The position numbers were made by a program, and so were the translations under genes. A stretch of 64,000 nt of DNA from Gammaproteobacteria bacterium. Lineage in GTDB: Bacteria > Pseudomonadota > Gammaproteobacteria > Eutrophobiales > Eutrophobiaceae. The notes under the pieces are model-generated. The model did no database searches and had not been told where the DNA came from. It worked only from the letters and a program-made list of their open reading frames with translations. Each line of letters starts with the position of its first letter. Position 1 is the first letter of the stretch. Shown here in pieces: positions 19,172-29,222 of this stretch. The DNA lies in contig OZ244905.1 of the NCBI GenBank assembly GCA_965221695.1, positions 2,464,001 through 2,528,000 of the forward strand. Direction: 5' to 3'.

Positions 19172-19470
19172 TGTAAAATTTTACTAACTGACCTATGCCA
19201 TTCCCTTGCAAACCGCGTTTTTTATGGGTGCAGGCTACGGAATCCAGTGAAGCAAAGGGTCCCCTTTCAGGCGACACAGTATTTAACTGGACTCCCGCTT
19301 CCGCGGGAGTGGTTTGGTGGCAGGGCGACGCTGTATTGGACTGGACTCCCGCTTTTCTGCCTTCCCCTGTATGGCGTTGAGCAGGGGCGGGAGTGGTATG
19401 GGGTAATACCATGGTCTTTGTCAACAGTTATGTGCAGTCGGTGCGCACACAGATCTGATCATAAGGGTCT
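19172..19470 (-). repeat. Family A composite repeat with internal duplication
   Basis: CTGGACTCCCGC twice, GCGGGAGTGGT twice, ends CTGATCATAAGGGT. Confidence 0.8.
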
Positions 19471-19735
19471 AGTACTCTTTCAACTTAATTTTGACATGTT
19501 CAGCGGGTCGGGAAGCGGTTGAGCGCAAGGCGCGGCGCTCAGGGAATGGCGCGCCCTTCGCAAGCGGCGCAACGACGCGGGCGACCGCTTCCCGGCCCGC
19601 CCGCAGGGAGCCACACAGCGACGCCAATACGGCGTTGCAGCCCTTGGCAAGGACTCGCCATTACCGGCGGGCTGCGCCTTGTCTTGGCGTCGCTGTGTGG
19701 CTCTGAACATGTCAAAATTACGTTGAAAGAGTACT
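19471..19735. mobile_element. MITE, ~265 bp, with 33-bp terminal inverted repeats (IS701-like ends)
   Basis: AGTACTCTTTCAACTTAATTTTGACATGTTCAG versus the reverse complement of 19703-19735: one mismatch. GC-rich non-coding interior; flanks CTAG/CTGG. Confidence 0.85.
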
Positions 19736-19795
19736 GGTGTTCCTGAGAGTTTCATCATCACATGGATTTCACGGCAATCAGCCAGTTACATTTCT

Positions 19796-21484
19796 TCACG
19801 CTCCATCCCCATCAAAGTGCGCAGCGGTAATCTCCGGCCAGTTGTCGGATGTTTCCCGGCAGGTTGTTGTAGGCACATGCGCTAATGCGGAAAGTGTTTC
19901 TTCCCGGCAGGGATGGGTCTGACTCAGGCTGACCGAGAGCGGTGTGGTCAGTGTCCTCATTGCGTTGATCACATCGGTTGCGAAAAACTCCTGCCAGATC
20001 AGGTGGTAATTATTGCCGCAGCGGAGCGCATCGAACAAGGACTGGTGAAGCGTCTCCGGATCCAGGCTCGGAGTATCCAGACGGATATTGGCGGCTAACG
20101 GCTCATGCCATGGCCAGAACAGCCGGGCGTCACGCAACGCGTACCAGAGTTTCGTGATATGCAACCCATACTCATCAGGCTCGATGGGCAACGCAAAACG
20201 GTCCTGCAACGCACTACGGGTTATCGCGCTCAGCAGCAGTGGGTTGTGCATTCCCGTGCTGACGAACATGTCGGGGTTGCGCCGGATCAAACCCGGCATG
20301 AACACACAAGCCGCGCCCAGGCTCAGCAATCGGCAAGCGTCAATACCAAGTGCAGCCAGCAGTTCCGACAATGCGGCAACGACCGTGCTGATGGAAAATC
20401 CGGCAGTCAGAACATCGGCGCTCTCGCCATGTCCCGGCAGGTCGGGACAGATAACGCGGTAGTGGCGAGAAAGGTCTGAAACCAGGGCGCGCGCCGAAGC
20501 CGCAGACCCCGCCAGGTCGTGCAACAACAACACTGTTGGGCGGTCCGGTTCACCCGCTGCCAGCATGGCAAGCTGTTGTTCGCCGATATCGATATAAGCG
20601 GGTTCAGGCTCTGCCGTTGGAGGGTCTTTATGGCGCCGATACCGCCACGCCAATTGTCTCTCTACGCGGCGCTCGCCCAACAATTCGATGATTCGATCAT
20701 CCAGCCTGCCGGGTCCCGATGGGATAATTTCCGACCAGGCATGTTCCGGCAGCGCGGGCAAGCGCTGACGGTGAGACTCGAGTACATCACCGCTGCGATA
20801 TAAGGCGGCGGCAGACGGAATGATATGCTTAATCGCCGCACTGTTATGATAACGGAACGCGGCGCCATACCCACCGCGGTAGTTATCGCCTGCATACATG
20901 AAATCCATGAACCAGCCATGCAGATAGTCCGCGTTCGGCATATCGTAATACATGCGCGCGCCGCGATCTTTCCTGTACCAGGGAAAGAAGATCGCCTGTT
21001 CGCGCAACCGCGCCCATAACCAGGTCAAATGGCTGCCGTCCCAGTTCGGTGTGAACGGCGGCAGATAATGCTCCAGGATATCGGCGCTTTCTTCTTCGGT
21101 GAACAGCGCGAGTCCGTCCAGGATCAGAAAATCGACCTTGTCCGGGAACCGCAGCGCAAATTCCAGCGCAATCAGCGCGCCGGTATGAACGCCGATGACC
21201 GTTGCCGGCGGAAGCTGAATGGCGTCCGCGAACTGATCCAGCGCGTGCGCGATGTCCTCAATGGTCGGCTCTGCTATCGGCAGCGGGTCGGACAGGCCAA
21301 AACCGGGACTGTCAGGCGCTATCACGCAATGACGGGAAACCAGTTTTTCCGCCAGCGGCAGCATGGCCGTTGAGGATTGAGGCGACTGGTGCAACAACAG
21401 CACGACCGATCCGGCGCCGCCCGAACGGAAGTGCGTCCATCGCCCCTGCACATTGATGAAATGCCGGTTAATCTGCCGGGACAT
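19796..21484 (-). CDS. Tandem alpha/beta-hydrolase-fold protein (paralog of 11021)
   Basis: LLHQSP, APDSPGFGLSD, GVHTG, DGSHLTWLW..FFPWY; second domain CPDLPGHGES. Confidence 0.85.
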   Translation of the reverse strand: MSRQINRHFINVQGRWTHFRSGGAGSVVLLLHQSPQSSTAMLPLAEKLVSRHCVIAPDSPGFGLSDPLPIAEPTIEDIAHALDQFADAIQLPPATVIGVHTGALIALEFALRFPDKVDFLILDGLALFTEEESADILEHYLPPFTPNWDGSHLTWLWARLREQAIFFPWYRKDRGARMYYDMPNADYLHGWFMDFMYAGDNYRGGYGAAFRYHNSAAIKHIIPSAAALYRSGDVLESHRQRLPALPEHAWSEIIPSGPGRLDDRIIELLGERRVERQLAWRYRRHKDPPTAEPEPAYIDIGEQQLAMLAAGEPDRPTVLLLHDLAGSAASARALVSDLSRHYRVICPDLPGHGESADVLTAGFSISTVVAALSELLAALGIDACRLLSLGAACVFMPGLIRRNPDMFVSTGMHNPLLLSAITRSALQDRFALPIEPDEYGLHITKLWYALRDARLFWPWHEPLAANIRLDTPSLDPETLHQSLFDALRCGNNYHLIWQEFFATDVINAMRTLTTPLSVSLSQTHPCREETLSALAHVPTTTCRETSDNWPEITAAHFDGDGA

Positions 21485-22388
21485 TCTCAGTCGTTGCCAA
21501 TGTCGCTTCGACCAGCTCGATATACTCGCCGGCAGGGCCGATTACTACACCGGCGCGGCGCTCCAGGTACGGATATGATGGCGGGCGGGCGGTCCCGCCA
21601 ATATAGGGCAGGTCCGATTTCCACTCCGTCACCTCAAATGTCACCATGGCAATGCCGGCAGGCATGGAACCCGGAACAGTGTCTCGACGCATAGCCGTTT
21701 CAGGGTAACGATCCAACTCGATCAAAAAGCGTTCCGACAACTGTACTATGGACAGCTCGTGCAAGGTCTGCGGCGGCAGGCCATACGCGTTGGACAATAC
21801 GCCGATTCGGTATTGCATCGGCGCGGTCACGGTCATGCCCAGGACTGTCCGGTAAAACTCAGCGAGGGCGGAATGGTCGCGGGCGCCGACCACCATGATG
21901 AATACCCGGTCAACATATGTCTGCGCGGGCAGAAGGCCGAAACCGGATTTCTCCGGGTCGCTGATGCGGGTGAAATAGATCAACTCGCCCGCTGGCCCCA
22001 GCGCTTGCATGGCCTTGATGTTCTGTTTTTCTGTGAGATAACGCGGTTGGCCAACCACGCGAAAATGCGTTGAACGGTCCAACGTCCGCGCCAGGACATC
22101 GGGGTCTTGCGCGAGTATTTCCACCGCGTTCCAGCCCTCGGTTCGCATAGGCTCTACCTGCGCGCCGGAGGGGTCTTCTATGAAACGCAGATAAACGGCT
22201 TCGTTGCTTGAGGGCTGCAGCATTACATAGTCTTGGCCGGTGAGCGACGCTGCGTTCCAGGAGGCAGCTAGAGTTTGCGAGATCGCACCGCGCTGCGCGA
22301 CCTGGTATCCGAGTTCATCCCGATAGGCCTGTTCCACCTGCATCAGGTTGGCCGCCATGATGGTGACGATGAGGATGGTTTTCAGCAT
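21468..22388 (-). CDS. VOC family protein (paralog of 32529)
   Basis: GWNAVEIL, GPAGELIYFT, FYRTVLG, GPAGEYIELVE. Confidence 0.75.
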   Translation of the reverse strand: MLKTILIVTIMAANLMQVEQAYRDELGYQVAQRGAISQTLAASWNAASLTGQDYVMLQPSSNEAVYLRFIEDPSGAQVEPMRTEGWNAVEILAQDPDVLARTLDRSTHFRVVGQPRYLTEKQNIKAMQALGPAGELIYFTRISDPEKSGFGLLPAQTYVDRVFIMVVGARDHSALAEFYRTVLGMTVTAPMQYRIGVLSNAYGLPPQTLHELSIVQLSERFLIELDRYPETAMRRDTVPGSMPAGIAMVTFEVTEWKSDLPYIGGTARPPSYPYLERRAGVVIGPAGEYIELVEATLATTENVPAD

Positions 22389-23818
22389 TTATCCGGCGCT
22401 CTGTACCACCAGGGGTCCCAACTTGTCTGGGTGTTCTCGATCAACGCCTTGCTTCTCAGGAAGCGCCGGATGGAGGCCGGTCCCATGCGCGAACCGCCCA
22501 TGCCGGAGGCCTTGAACGCTTGTTTCTCCCCCTCGTGCATAACGCTGGTCAACGCAGCATCATTGATGCTGATCGCGCCGGCGTCGAGCTTGCCGGCAAT
22601 ATGGCGGGCGCGCCCGATGTCATTCGCAAATACGGCTGCCGACAAGCCGTAAACGGTGTCATTGGCCAACTCAATGGCCTCGGCATCCGTATCAAAGGCC
22701 ATTACAGGGAGTATCGGTCCGAAGGTCTCTTCCGTCATCACCAGCATGTCGTGATTGGCATTTGACAATACCGTCGGTTCGCACCACAAGCCGCCATCAT
22801 GCTCAATGATTCTGCCGCCACATTCGGTATTAGCGCCCTTGGCAACGGCATCTTGAAGGTGAGTTTCGAGAATGTCCCGCTGGCGTTCGGATATGATCGG
22901 CCCAATCTCGCCCTTGTGGATATCATTGGTATTCGGCTTCAGGCGGCTGGCCTGGTGCGCGAGCGCCGCAATCAGCGCCTGGTAAATCGGGGCTTCAGCG
23001 TACACCCGTTCGACAGACAAGCAGGACTGTCCGGCATTCACCATGCCGCCCCAGCACAGCGCTGCGGTCGCGCGTTCTATGTCCGTGCCGGCGGTGACTA
23101 TCGCCGGGTCTTTGCCGCCCAGTTCAAGCTGCGCGGGGATAAAATTATCGGCGCAGGCCTTAGCCACCTGCCTGCCGGTCTTGACGCTGCCGGTAAAACA
23201 GACCAGGTCGGCATGGCCGATGAGCGCGCTGCCCAGGCTGCCGTCTCCGGGGAGAAAGCGGAACACCGTGGGCAGGTCCTTAACACCGGCAATGATATCC
23301 TGTAATGGTTCGACGAAACGGGGCGTGACCTCGCTCGGCTTGACAATCACTGCGCTGCCAGCCAGCAACGCAGGAATGGCATCGATGCAGGATAACAGCA
23401 GCGGAAAATTCCACGGCGAAATCACCAGCGTCAGCGGATAAGGCACAGCCTGGCTGCCGATCTCAATAAACGGCACAGAGGTGTTTTTGTTCTCCTCCAC
23501 GGTCAGCAGATCAGGCGCTAGCCCGCTCCAGCGCTCTATGCTGGAAATAACCGCGTTGATCTCCAGTTCGGTTTCTCCGACGCGCCCGGTATCGGCGCAC
23601 AGGGCATCAAACAGCCGATCGCGTTGATTGGACATGGCCTCAGCCAGTTGCAGCAGGGTCTGACAGCGCGCTTCCACCCCGCGTTCGAGCCACAGGGTCT
23701 GTGCGTGACGCAGATCGGCTGCCATCCGCACCAGTTCTGACGCTCCAACCTGCTCAAAGCGATAGTCGATTTTACCGGTACGAGGGTTGCGAACTTCGAT
23801 GAAAGGGTTAATCGTCAA
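22382..23818 (-). CDS. Aldehyde dehydrogenase
   Basis: ISPWNFP, FTGS, LELGGKDP, AGQSC (catalytic Cys), EETFGP. Confidence 0.95.
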   Translation of the reverse strand: MTINPFIEVRNPRTGKIDYRFEQVGASELVRMAADLRHAQTLWLERGVEARCQTLLQLAEAMSNQRDRLFDALCADTGRVGETELEINAVISSIERWSGLAPDLLTVEENKNTSVPFIEIGSQAVPYPLTLVISPWNFPLLLSCIDAIPALLAGSAVIVKPSEVTPRFVEPLQDIIAGVKDLPTVFRFLPGDGSLGSALIGHADLVCFTGSVKTGRQVAKACADNFIPAQLELGGKDPAIVTAGTDIERATAALCWGGMVNAGQSCLSVERVYAEAPIYQALIAALAHQASRLKPNTNDIHKGEIGPIISERQRDILETHLQDAVAKGANTECGGRIIEHDGGLWCEPTVLSNANHDMLVMTEETFGPILPVMAFDTDAEAIELANDTVYGLSAAVFANDIGRARHIAGKLDAGAISINDAALTSVMHEGEKQAFKASGMGGSRMGPASIRRFLRSKALIENTQTSWDPWWYRAPDKC

Positions 23819-24229
23819 TATAATGTCCCGCTGTTCTTGTACTTGTCAGACTTCAGGGCCAGAGTGAGTCGCTCTGCAAGGCTTGCAGAAAGCAGTTTAC
23901 CGGCCATATTTCAATTACGCACACAGGCCAAATTGGCCTTTATTGCGTGAACCAAGCCGGGGTCAATTCAGAGCCGCACTCACCGAAAAGAAAGAAACTG
24001 TGCTGTCGTATTTTGGCCATTTTTTTGTACATTATGCCGTCAAAAATATACGAAAAGTGACGATAAGACAAACAGCGCATGTATACGCTTCTCTTCCTCT
24101 TTGACTTGGTTACAGCGTCGAGCTAGTATGTAAGAAGTGCCGTTCAGGCGCTATGCTTGCGCTCAGCTAAAGCAAATTGTACGCAGCGTGTAATGGTGAA
24201 AGATTACCAGGAAAACGGGTTCCCGCATA

Positions 24230-24943
24230 ATGAAACACAGAACAATACGCGGCAAAATTTTATACACCAGTCATAAACCTGATCGGTGGGGTCAGGAACG
24301 CGGGCGCGAATCATTTATCATCACAACGCATACAGATGGCAAACGCACTTTACGCGCGTTGTGTGAGATCGACGATCCGCCCACTGTTTTACGCGATGTG
24401 ACCCTGAGTCTGGATGCAGACTACTATCCACTGGATTGCTTTGTGCGGCTGACCATTGATGATGAGTTTGAAGGCTCAGGCTGGATGCGATTTAGTCATA
24501 ACAGCGCGGAAACGGAAATGTTCAACATCCGCGATGGGCGTGTCTCCCAGCGTTTTGAACTGGAACAACGTATACGATGGCTGGCTAGCCACCCCATATC
24601 CGGTGATAGCCTGGGTTTATATATTTATGACCGCAGACAGGGGCCAGGCAAGATGTTTTTTCCCGACATGATGGTGACGTCTCCCGACCACCGCGGCGCA
24701 ACAGGTCCGATGTTGTTCAAGCTGGGTTTTGGCATTGAGTATGTGGGCGATGAGCGGATCACGGTGCCAGCCGGCGAGTTTGATGCGCATCACTTTCGCT
24801 ATGTTGATACCGCCGGGCAACTGCCGGAGGAGCACCCTGAATACAATATCTGGTGCACAGCCGATAACGACTTTGTGTTTTTGCGCGGCGAAGTGGGTGG
24901 TTACATGCAAACGTATTACGAGTTGATTGACCTTGAGAGATAG
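24230..24943 (+). CDS. Conserved-looking hypothetical beta-rich protein
   Basis: 237 aa; first gene of an operon; VGDERITVPAGEFDA motif. Confidence 0.7.
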   Translation: MKHRTIRGKILYTSHKPDRWGQERGRESFIITTHTDGKRTLRALCEIDDPPTVLRDVTLSLDADYYPLDCFVRLTIDDEFEGSGWMRFSHNSAETEMFNIRDGRVSQRFELEQRIRWLASHPISGDSLGLYIYDRRQGPGKMFFPDMMVTSPDHRGATGPMLFKLGFGIEYVGDERITVPAGEFDAHHFRYVDTAGQLPEEHPEYNIWCTADNDFVFLRGEVGGYMQTYYELIDLER

Positions 24944-24955
24944 AGGATAAATGCT

Positions 24956-25243
24956 ATGCCGGCTTATATGGTTGTACAAGCTACCGTTACCAAACCCGAA
25001 CAGTTTTCTGAATATGCGCAACGCATGCCTGCCCTGGTTGAAAAACACGGGGGACGTTACCGGGCGCTGGGAGGCGAAGTTGAAATTCTGGAAGGAGATT
25101 GGGGTTACCAGGCGTTGGTGATATCCGAATGGCCGTCCATGCAAGCGGCGCGCGCCTTCTGGGATTCGGACGACTACGCAGAACTGAAAAAAGTGCGCGC
25201 AGGCGCGCTGGATGTCACCGTGTTATTAACGGACGGATTATAA
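24956..25243 (+). CDS. DUF1330 family protein
   Basis: MPAY..Y...HGGRY..LEG..EWPS..A.AFWDS.DY. Confidence 0.85.
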   Translation: MPAYMVVQATVTKPEQFSEYAQRMPALVEKHGGRYRALGGEVEILEGDWGYQALVISEWPSMQAARAFWDSDDYAELKKVRAGALDVTVLLTDGL

Positions 25244-25246
25244 CTT

Positions 25247-26281
25247 TTGACCTGCTACTACGCGCTGGCCTTACAGACCCGCTGTCGCGCCGTCAATGCC
25301 CTGGATGTCACCGAGGCGCGGCGTGCGATCCATGCCGCCATACAGACCTGCGCGCGCCAGATTGCGGCCAGCAAGGGATTCATCGGCGCCGATACCCGCC
25401 TGGTTGTTCTGCCTGAATACTTCCTGACCGGCTTCCCCATGGGTGATTCCGTGCCGGCCTGGGGCGAAAAAGCGGGCATAGAAATGGAAGGCGCTGAGTA
25501 TGAGGCATTGGGACGGATTTGCCAGGATAACGATATTTTTCTTTCGGGCAATGCTTATGAGTTGGACCCGGCGTTTCCCGGCCTTTATTTTCAGACTTGT
25601 TTCATCCTGGCCCCAAGCGGCGATGTAATCCATCGCTACCGGCGCCTGATTTCCCTGTTTGCGCCGACACCCCATGATGTCTGGGATCGTTACCTGGACC
25701 ATTATGGGATAGAAGGCGTATTTCCGGTGGCAGATACCGAACTGGGGCGTTTGGCGACTGTTGCTTCGGAAGAGATTCTGTACCCGGAAATTGCCCGTGC
25801 GCTGGCGCTGCGCGGCGCCGAGGCTATATTGCATTCAAGCAGTGAAGTGGGCAGCCCGGAACTCACGCCTAAGGACGTGAGCAAACGTGCCCGGGCCATC
25901 GAAAACCAGGTCTATGTCATCTCGGCCAATAGCGCCGGCATCAGCGGTATAGGGATACCGGAATCCTCAACGGACGGCATGTCAAAAATCATCAATGATC
26001 ATGGCCATGTGCTTGCCGTGGCCGGCCCGGGAGAGAGTATGGTTGCGAACCATGAAATCGACATCGCGTCCCTGCGCCGCCGCCGCCGCCGTCCCGGAAT
26101 GGCCAACCTGCTTGCGCGCCAGCGCCTGGAACTGTACGCCCATATCGCTTATCCGCAAACCCGCTACCCGGCCAATACCCTCCTGGATACCGCAGGCAAT
26201 ACAGTCACGCCAGACCGAGGGCACTTCATCGGCACGCAACGCGCCGTGATAGAGGACTTAATCAAACAAAACCTGATTTGA
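25247..26281 (+). CDS. Nitrilase/carbon-nitrogen hydrolase superfamily protein with atypical triad
   Basis: LVVLPEY, HRYRRL, TELGRLATVASEE, RARAIENQVYVISAN. Confidence 0.85.
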   Translation: MTCYYALALQTRCRAVNALDVTEARRAIHAAIQTCARQIAASKGFIGADTRLVVLPEYFLTGFPMGDSVPAWGEKAGIEMEGAEYEALGRICQDNDIFLSGNAYELDPAFPGLYFQTCFILAPSGDVIHRYRRLISLFAPTPHDVWDRYLDHYGIEGVFPVADTELGRLATVASEEILYPEIARALALRGAEAILHSSSEVGSPELTPKDVSKRARAIENQVYVISANSAGISGIGIPESSTDGMSKIINDHGHVLAVAGPGESMVANHEIDIASLRRRRRRPGMANLLARQRLELYAHIAYPQTRYPANTLLDTAGNTVTPDRGHFIGTQRAVIEDLIKQNLI

Positions 26282-26358
26282 CCCGGATATCTTGGCCCGC
26301 ATTCCAGGCCAACATCATGAGGGCGCCTACAGAGAGCGCCGGAGAAGACTGTCCGTGA

Positions 26359-26640
26359 CTACTGGGCAACTCCGGGAGATAACATGACTTGCATCACTAT
26401 ACACACACCGGCAATGACAATGCCGGCAAACAGAAATGCACAGCTCACTGCCCACTTTATAAGTCGAGTTTCCAGCGCCGCAATATCAGCTTTGGTATTG
26501 CTTTCCAGTTTCGCAATATCAGACTTTGTCGCCAGGTGCGCTAACTCCGACATTTGAACCACATCCTCCGCTGCCCTGTTGGCGTTTTCTTGCGATGCGC
26601 CGACTTCAATCAATGCTTGGTAAAGCGCTGTGCTGGTCAT
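26359..26640 (-). CDS. DUF1640/CCDC90-like coiled-coil membrane protein
   Basis: LYQAL.EVGA..A, LATKSDI, TKADI, RLIKW followed by a TM helix; RBS GGAGG. Confidence 0.7.
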   Translation of the reverse strand: MTSTALYQALIEVGASQENANRAAEDVVQMSELAHLATKSDIAKLESNTKADIAALETRLIKWAVSCAFLFAGIVIAGVCIVMQVMLSPGVAQ

Positions 26641-26821
26641 ATGGGTCACCTCCCTATCAGTTAAGTTGTAATCACGTCCTGGTCCGGTAGCTGTGCAGCT
26701 TCCGCCCATATCTGTAACCTACAGTTTTCCTTCCAGCTTGTCAAAGCAACATGGTCGCGATTCGATTATCTTAATACTCTAGCAAGGCCAGCTATGGCAG
26801 TTAGACGAGAGAGGGATGTCG

Positions 26822-28270
26822 TTATCCCTCTAGCCTGGCCAGTAGCGCGGTCTTGTCCAGTTTGCCTGATGCTTTTTTGGGCAAGTGATCCAGAAACACG
26901 TAACGGGTCGGAACCTTATACGGCGCCAGGTGTTGGCGGCAGTGTGCGTCCAGCGCCTCTATTGAGATGGCCTCGTCTGCTACGATGAACGCGGCAACGG
27001 TTTCCCCGAATTTCTCTGATGGTTCACCCACGACAGCAGCTTCCCTGATTGCGGGCATTTGCATCAGAACGGCCTCTATCTCAGCCGGATATATGTTCAC
27101 GGCGCCACGGTTGATGACATCCTTGTCGCGTCCGCGTAGCACGATATGTCCACTGTCCAGGCGGGCAGCCAGGTCCCCGGGGTAGAACCAGCCGTCGGCC
27201 GCGGCGGGATGTTCCTGTCCGTCTGCGTCGATAAAACGCATAGCGACACCGGGTCCGCGATAGCGCAAGCGGCCGGTTTCTCCCGGTTTTGCCGGTTTGT
27301 CCTCGCGGTCCACGATCTGAACTTCGGTTCTGAAGGTGGCCCGACCTGCGGTGTGCGCGTAGTCATTGAACTCGTCGGTATTCAACACGGAAATGCCACC
27401 GCCTTCGCTGGACGCATAATAGCCTATCAGTCCGGGGTTCACTTTTTCGCGTATCGCCTCTGCCTCGCCGGGGTACAGGGCGGCGCCGCTTATCAGCAAC
27501 TTATCCAATCGTGGGAACAATAACTGGTCCTTGTGCAGCGGCAGCAACCCGCGCAGTTGAGTCGGCGCCATGAATGTGACACTCGCGCGAGACCCATTTA
27601 CGGTCGAGACCAGTTGTTCGGGCGTATGCGGGGGCGGATCGAGAATGACCGTAGCGCCGGCGGCAAGAAAGCCCATCGCAAATGAACGTCCGGCGCCGAA
27701 GTACAGTGGCGTCAACCCCAGAAACCGATCTTGAGAGTTGAAACCGATAGTGACCCACTGGCTAATAAATCGCTGATACATCTGCTCATGGGTAACTTGC
27801 GCGCCCTTGGGCCTGCCGGTGGTCCCGGATGATAAGGATATGAGCAAAGGCAGGTCGGGATGATCCGGGATAGACGGCAGACGGGAGACATCGCCTGCTT
27901 GCAGGTCGCTGCTGATCCTGAGTGTGTCGATATGCGCCGGCGCGTCGCCATCTTCCTCCAGTATCAGCAGTTTTGCGTTGAATGCCGTCACGGTTCCGGC
28001 TTTTTCGGTCAGAGTCCAACGATGGTCGACCGGCAAGATCACTGCGCCGAGCCGGGCCAGAACATAGTGCAGGATCAAGTGGCAGGGGTGTTCTTTCAGA
28101 GCAAGGCCGACCCGGTCTCCCGATCTGATGCCGTGTGCGTGCAGGCAAGCCGCATAGTCTTCCAGGTATTGCCACAATTCGAGATAACTGATTCGTTCTG
28201 CGCGAAATTCAATGGCCGTCTTGTCGCCATAGCTGTCCGCGTGGCAGCGAAGGATGGAAGCCAGGTTCAT
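26822..28270 (-). CDS. Acyl-CoA synthetase (AMP-forming)
   Basis: LSSGTTGRPKG, YASSEG, WFYPGD, NIYPAEIE, KKASGK. Confidence 0.92.
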   Translation of the reverse strand: MNLASILRCHADSYGDKTAIEFRAERISYLELWQYLEDYAACLHAHGIRSGDRVGLALKEHPCHLILHYVLARLGAVILPVDHRWTLTEKAGTVTAFNAKLLILEEDGDAPAHIDTLRISSDLQAGDVSRLPSIPDHPDLPLLISLSSGTTGRPKGAQVTHEQMYQRFISQWVTIGFNSQDRFLGLTPLYFGAGRSFAMGFLAAGATVILDPPPHTPEQLVSTVNGSRASVTFMAPTQLRGLLPLHKDQLLFPRLDKLLISGAALYPGEAEAIREKVNPGLIGYYASSEGGGISVLNTDEFNDYAHTAGRATFRTEVQIVDREDKPAKPGETGRLRYRGPGVAMRFIDADGQEHPAAADGWFYPGDLAARLDSGHIVLRGRDKDVINRGAVNIYPAEIEAVLMQMPAIREAAVVGEPSEKFGETVAAFIVADEAISIEALDAHCRQHLAPYKVPTRYVFLDHLPKKASGKLDKTALLARLEG

Positions 28271-28286
28271 GGATGGTTGTCAGGAG

Positions 28287-29150
28287 TCAGTCGAGGCGGT
28301 AGACGCGGCGCGCATTGTCCCGAAGGAACTTTCGCATTGCCTCCGGTTTCAACCCAAGACCCTCGATCTCCTGCCGGGTGCGTTTGAAATTGAGCACCGG
28401 AAAATCCGTTCCAAAGATTACCTTGTCCTGGCCGTAGCTGTTCAGGTAGTTAACGAAGCTCGGCGGCCAGTATTTCGGGCTGTGCGCGTCACCGCCGATG
28501 TACACGTTTTCGTGCTTCCACGCCATGGCGATCATCTCATCCGCCCAGGGAATGCCCACGTGAATGCCGACCAGCCTCAGCTCAGGGAAATCACAGGCCA
28601 CCGGGTCCAGCTTGATGGGCTGTCCCACGCTTTTGCAGCGAAACTCCTTTGAGTAGATCATGGACTGTCCGACCTGGATCTGTATCGGTATATCCAACTC
28701 GCAACATTTTGCATAAAACGGATAGTATTTCGCATGGTCCGGCGCCAGATCAAACCAGTGCGGGTAAAGGTGCGCGCCGATAAAACCCATATTTCGTACT
28801 GCGTTGTCCAATTCCCTGAGTCCGGCCATGCCCATGAACGGGTCGATGCCCAGCAGCCCGGAGAAGTGATCAGGATATTTGTTCACGGCTGCGGCCACGA
28901 TATCCGGCGGCAGGTGATAACATCCGGGCAAGCCGGGCCGTCCGGCTTTGGCGGCGATCAGGAACCCATGTTCGATGCCGGCCTCCTGCATCAGGTCTAT
29001 CATCTGTTCCAGCGACAGCCCCCGCATCAGACTTTGCTCGGCTCTCATCTTGCCGGCGAAGAATTCATCTCGCCAACCCGGGCGGTGCGATAACGCTTCC
29101 TCCGTCCAGATATTGACGACGGCATCAATGGCTTTGATGTTGTTTGACAT
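28287..29150 (-). CDS. Amidohydrolase_2 family protein
   Basis: YYPFYAKCCELDIPI, FPEL..GIHVG.PW, FGTDFP, NARRV. Confidence 0.88.
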   Translation of the reverse strand: MSNNIKAIDAVVNIWTEEALSHRPGWRDEFFAGKMRAEQSLMRGLSLEQMIDLMQEAGIEHGFLIAAKAGRPGLPGCYHLPPDIVAAAVNKYPDHFSGLLGIDPFMGMAGLRELDNAVRNMGFIGAHLYPHWFDLAPDHAKYYPFYAKCCELDIPIQIQVGQSMIYSKEFRCKSVGQPIKLDPVACDFPELRLVGIHVGIPWADEMIAMAWKHENVYIGGDAHSPKYWPPSFVNYLNSYGQDKVIFGTDFPVLNFKRTRQEIEGLGLKPEAMRKFLRDNARRVYRLD

Positions 29151-29222
29151 GGGGCTTCCTCATCAGTTTATTATCATACCTGGTCTATCATGCCAGATTT
29201 ACCGTATGGCATGGCTATGATT

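Noticed and set aside
19172-19470. CRISPR-like repeated palindromes
   Set aside because: Only two degenerate units with irregular spacing, the same family is dispersed across the window, and there are no cas genes.
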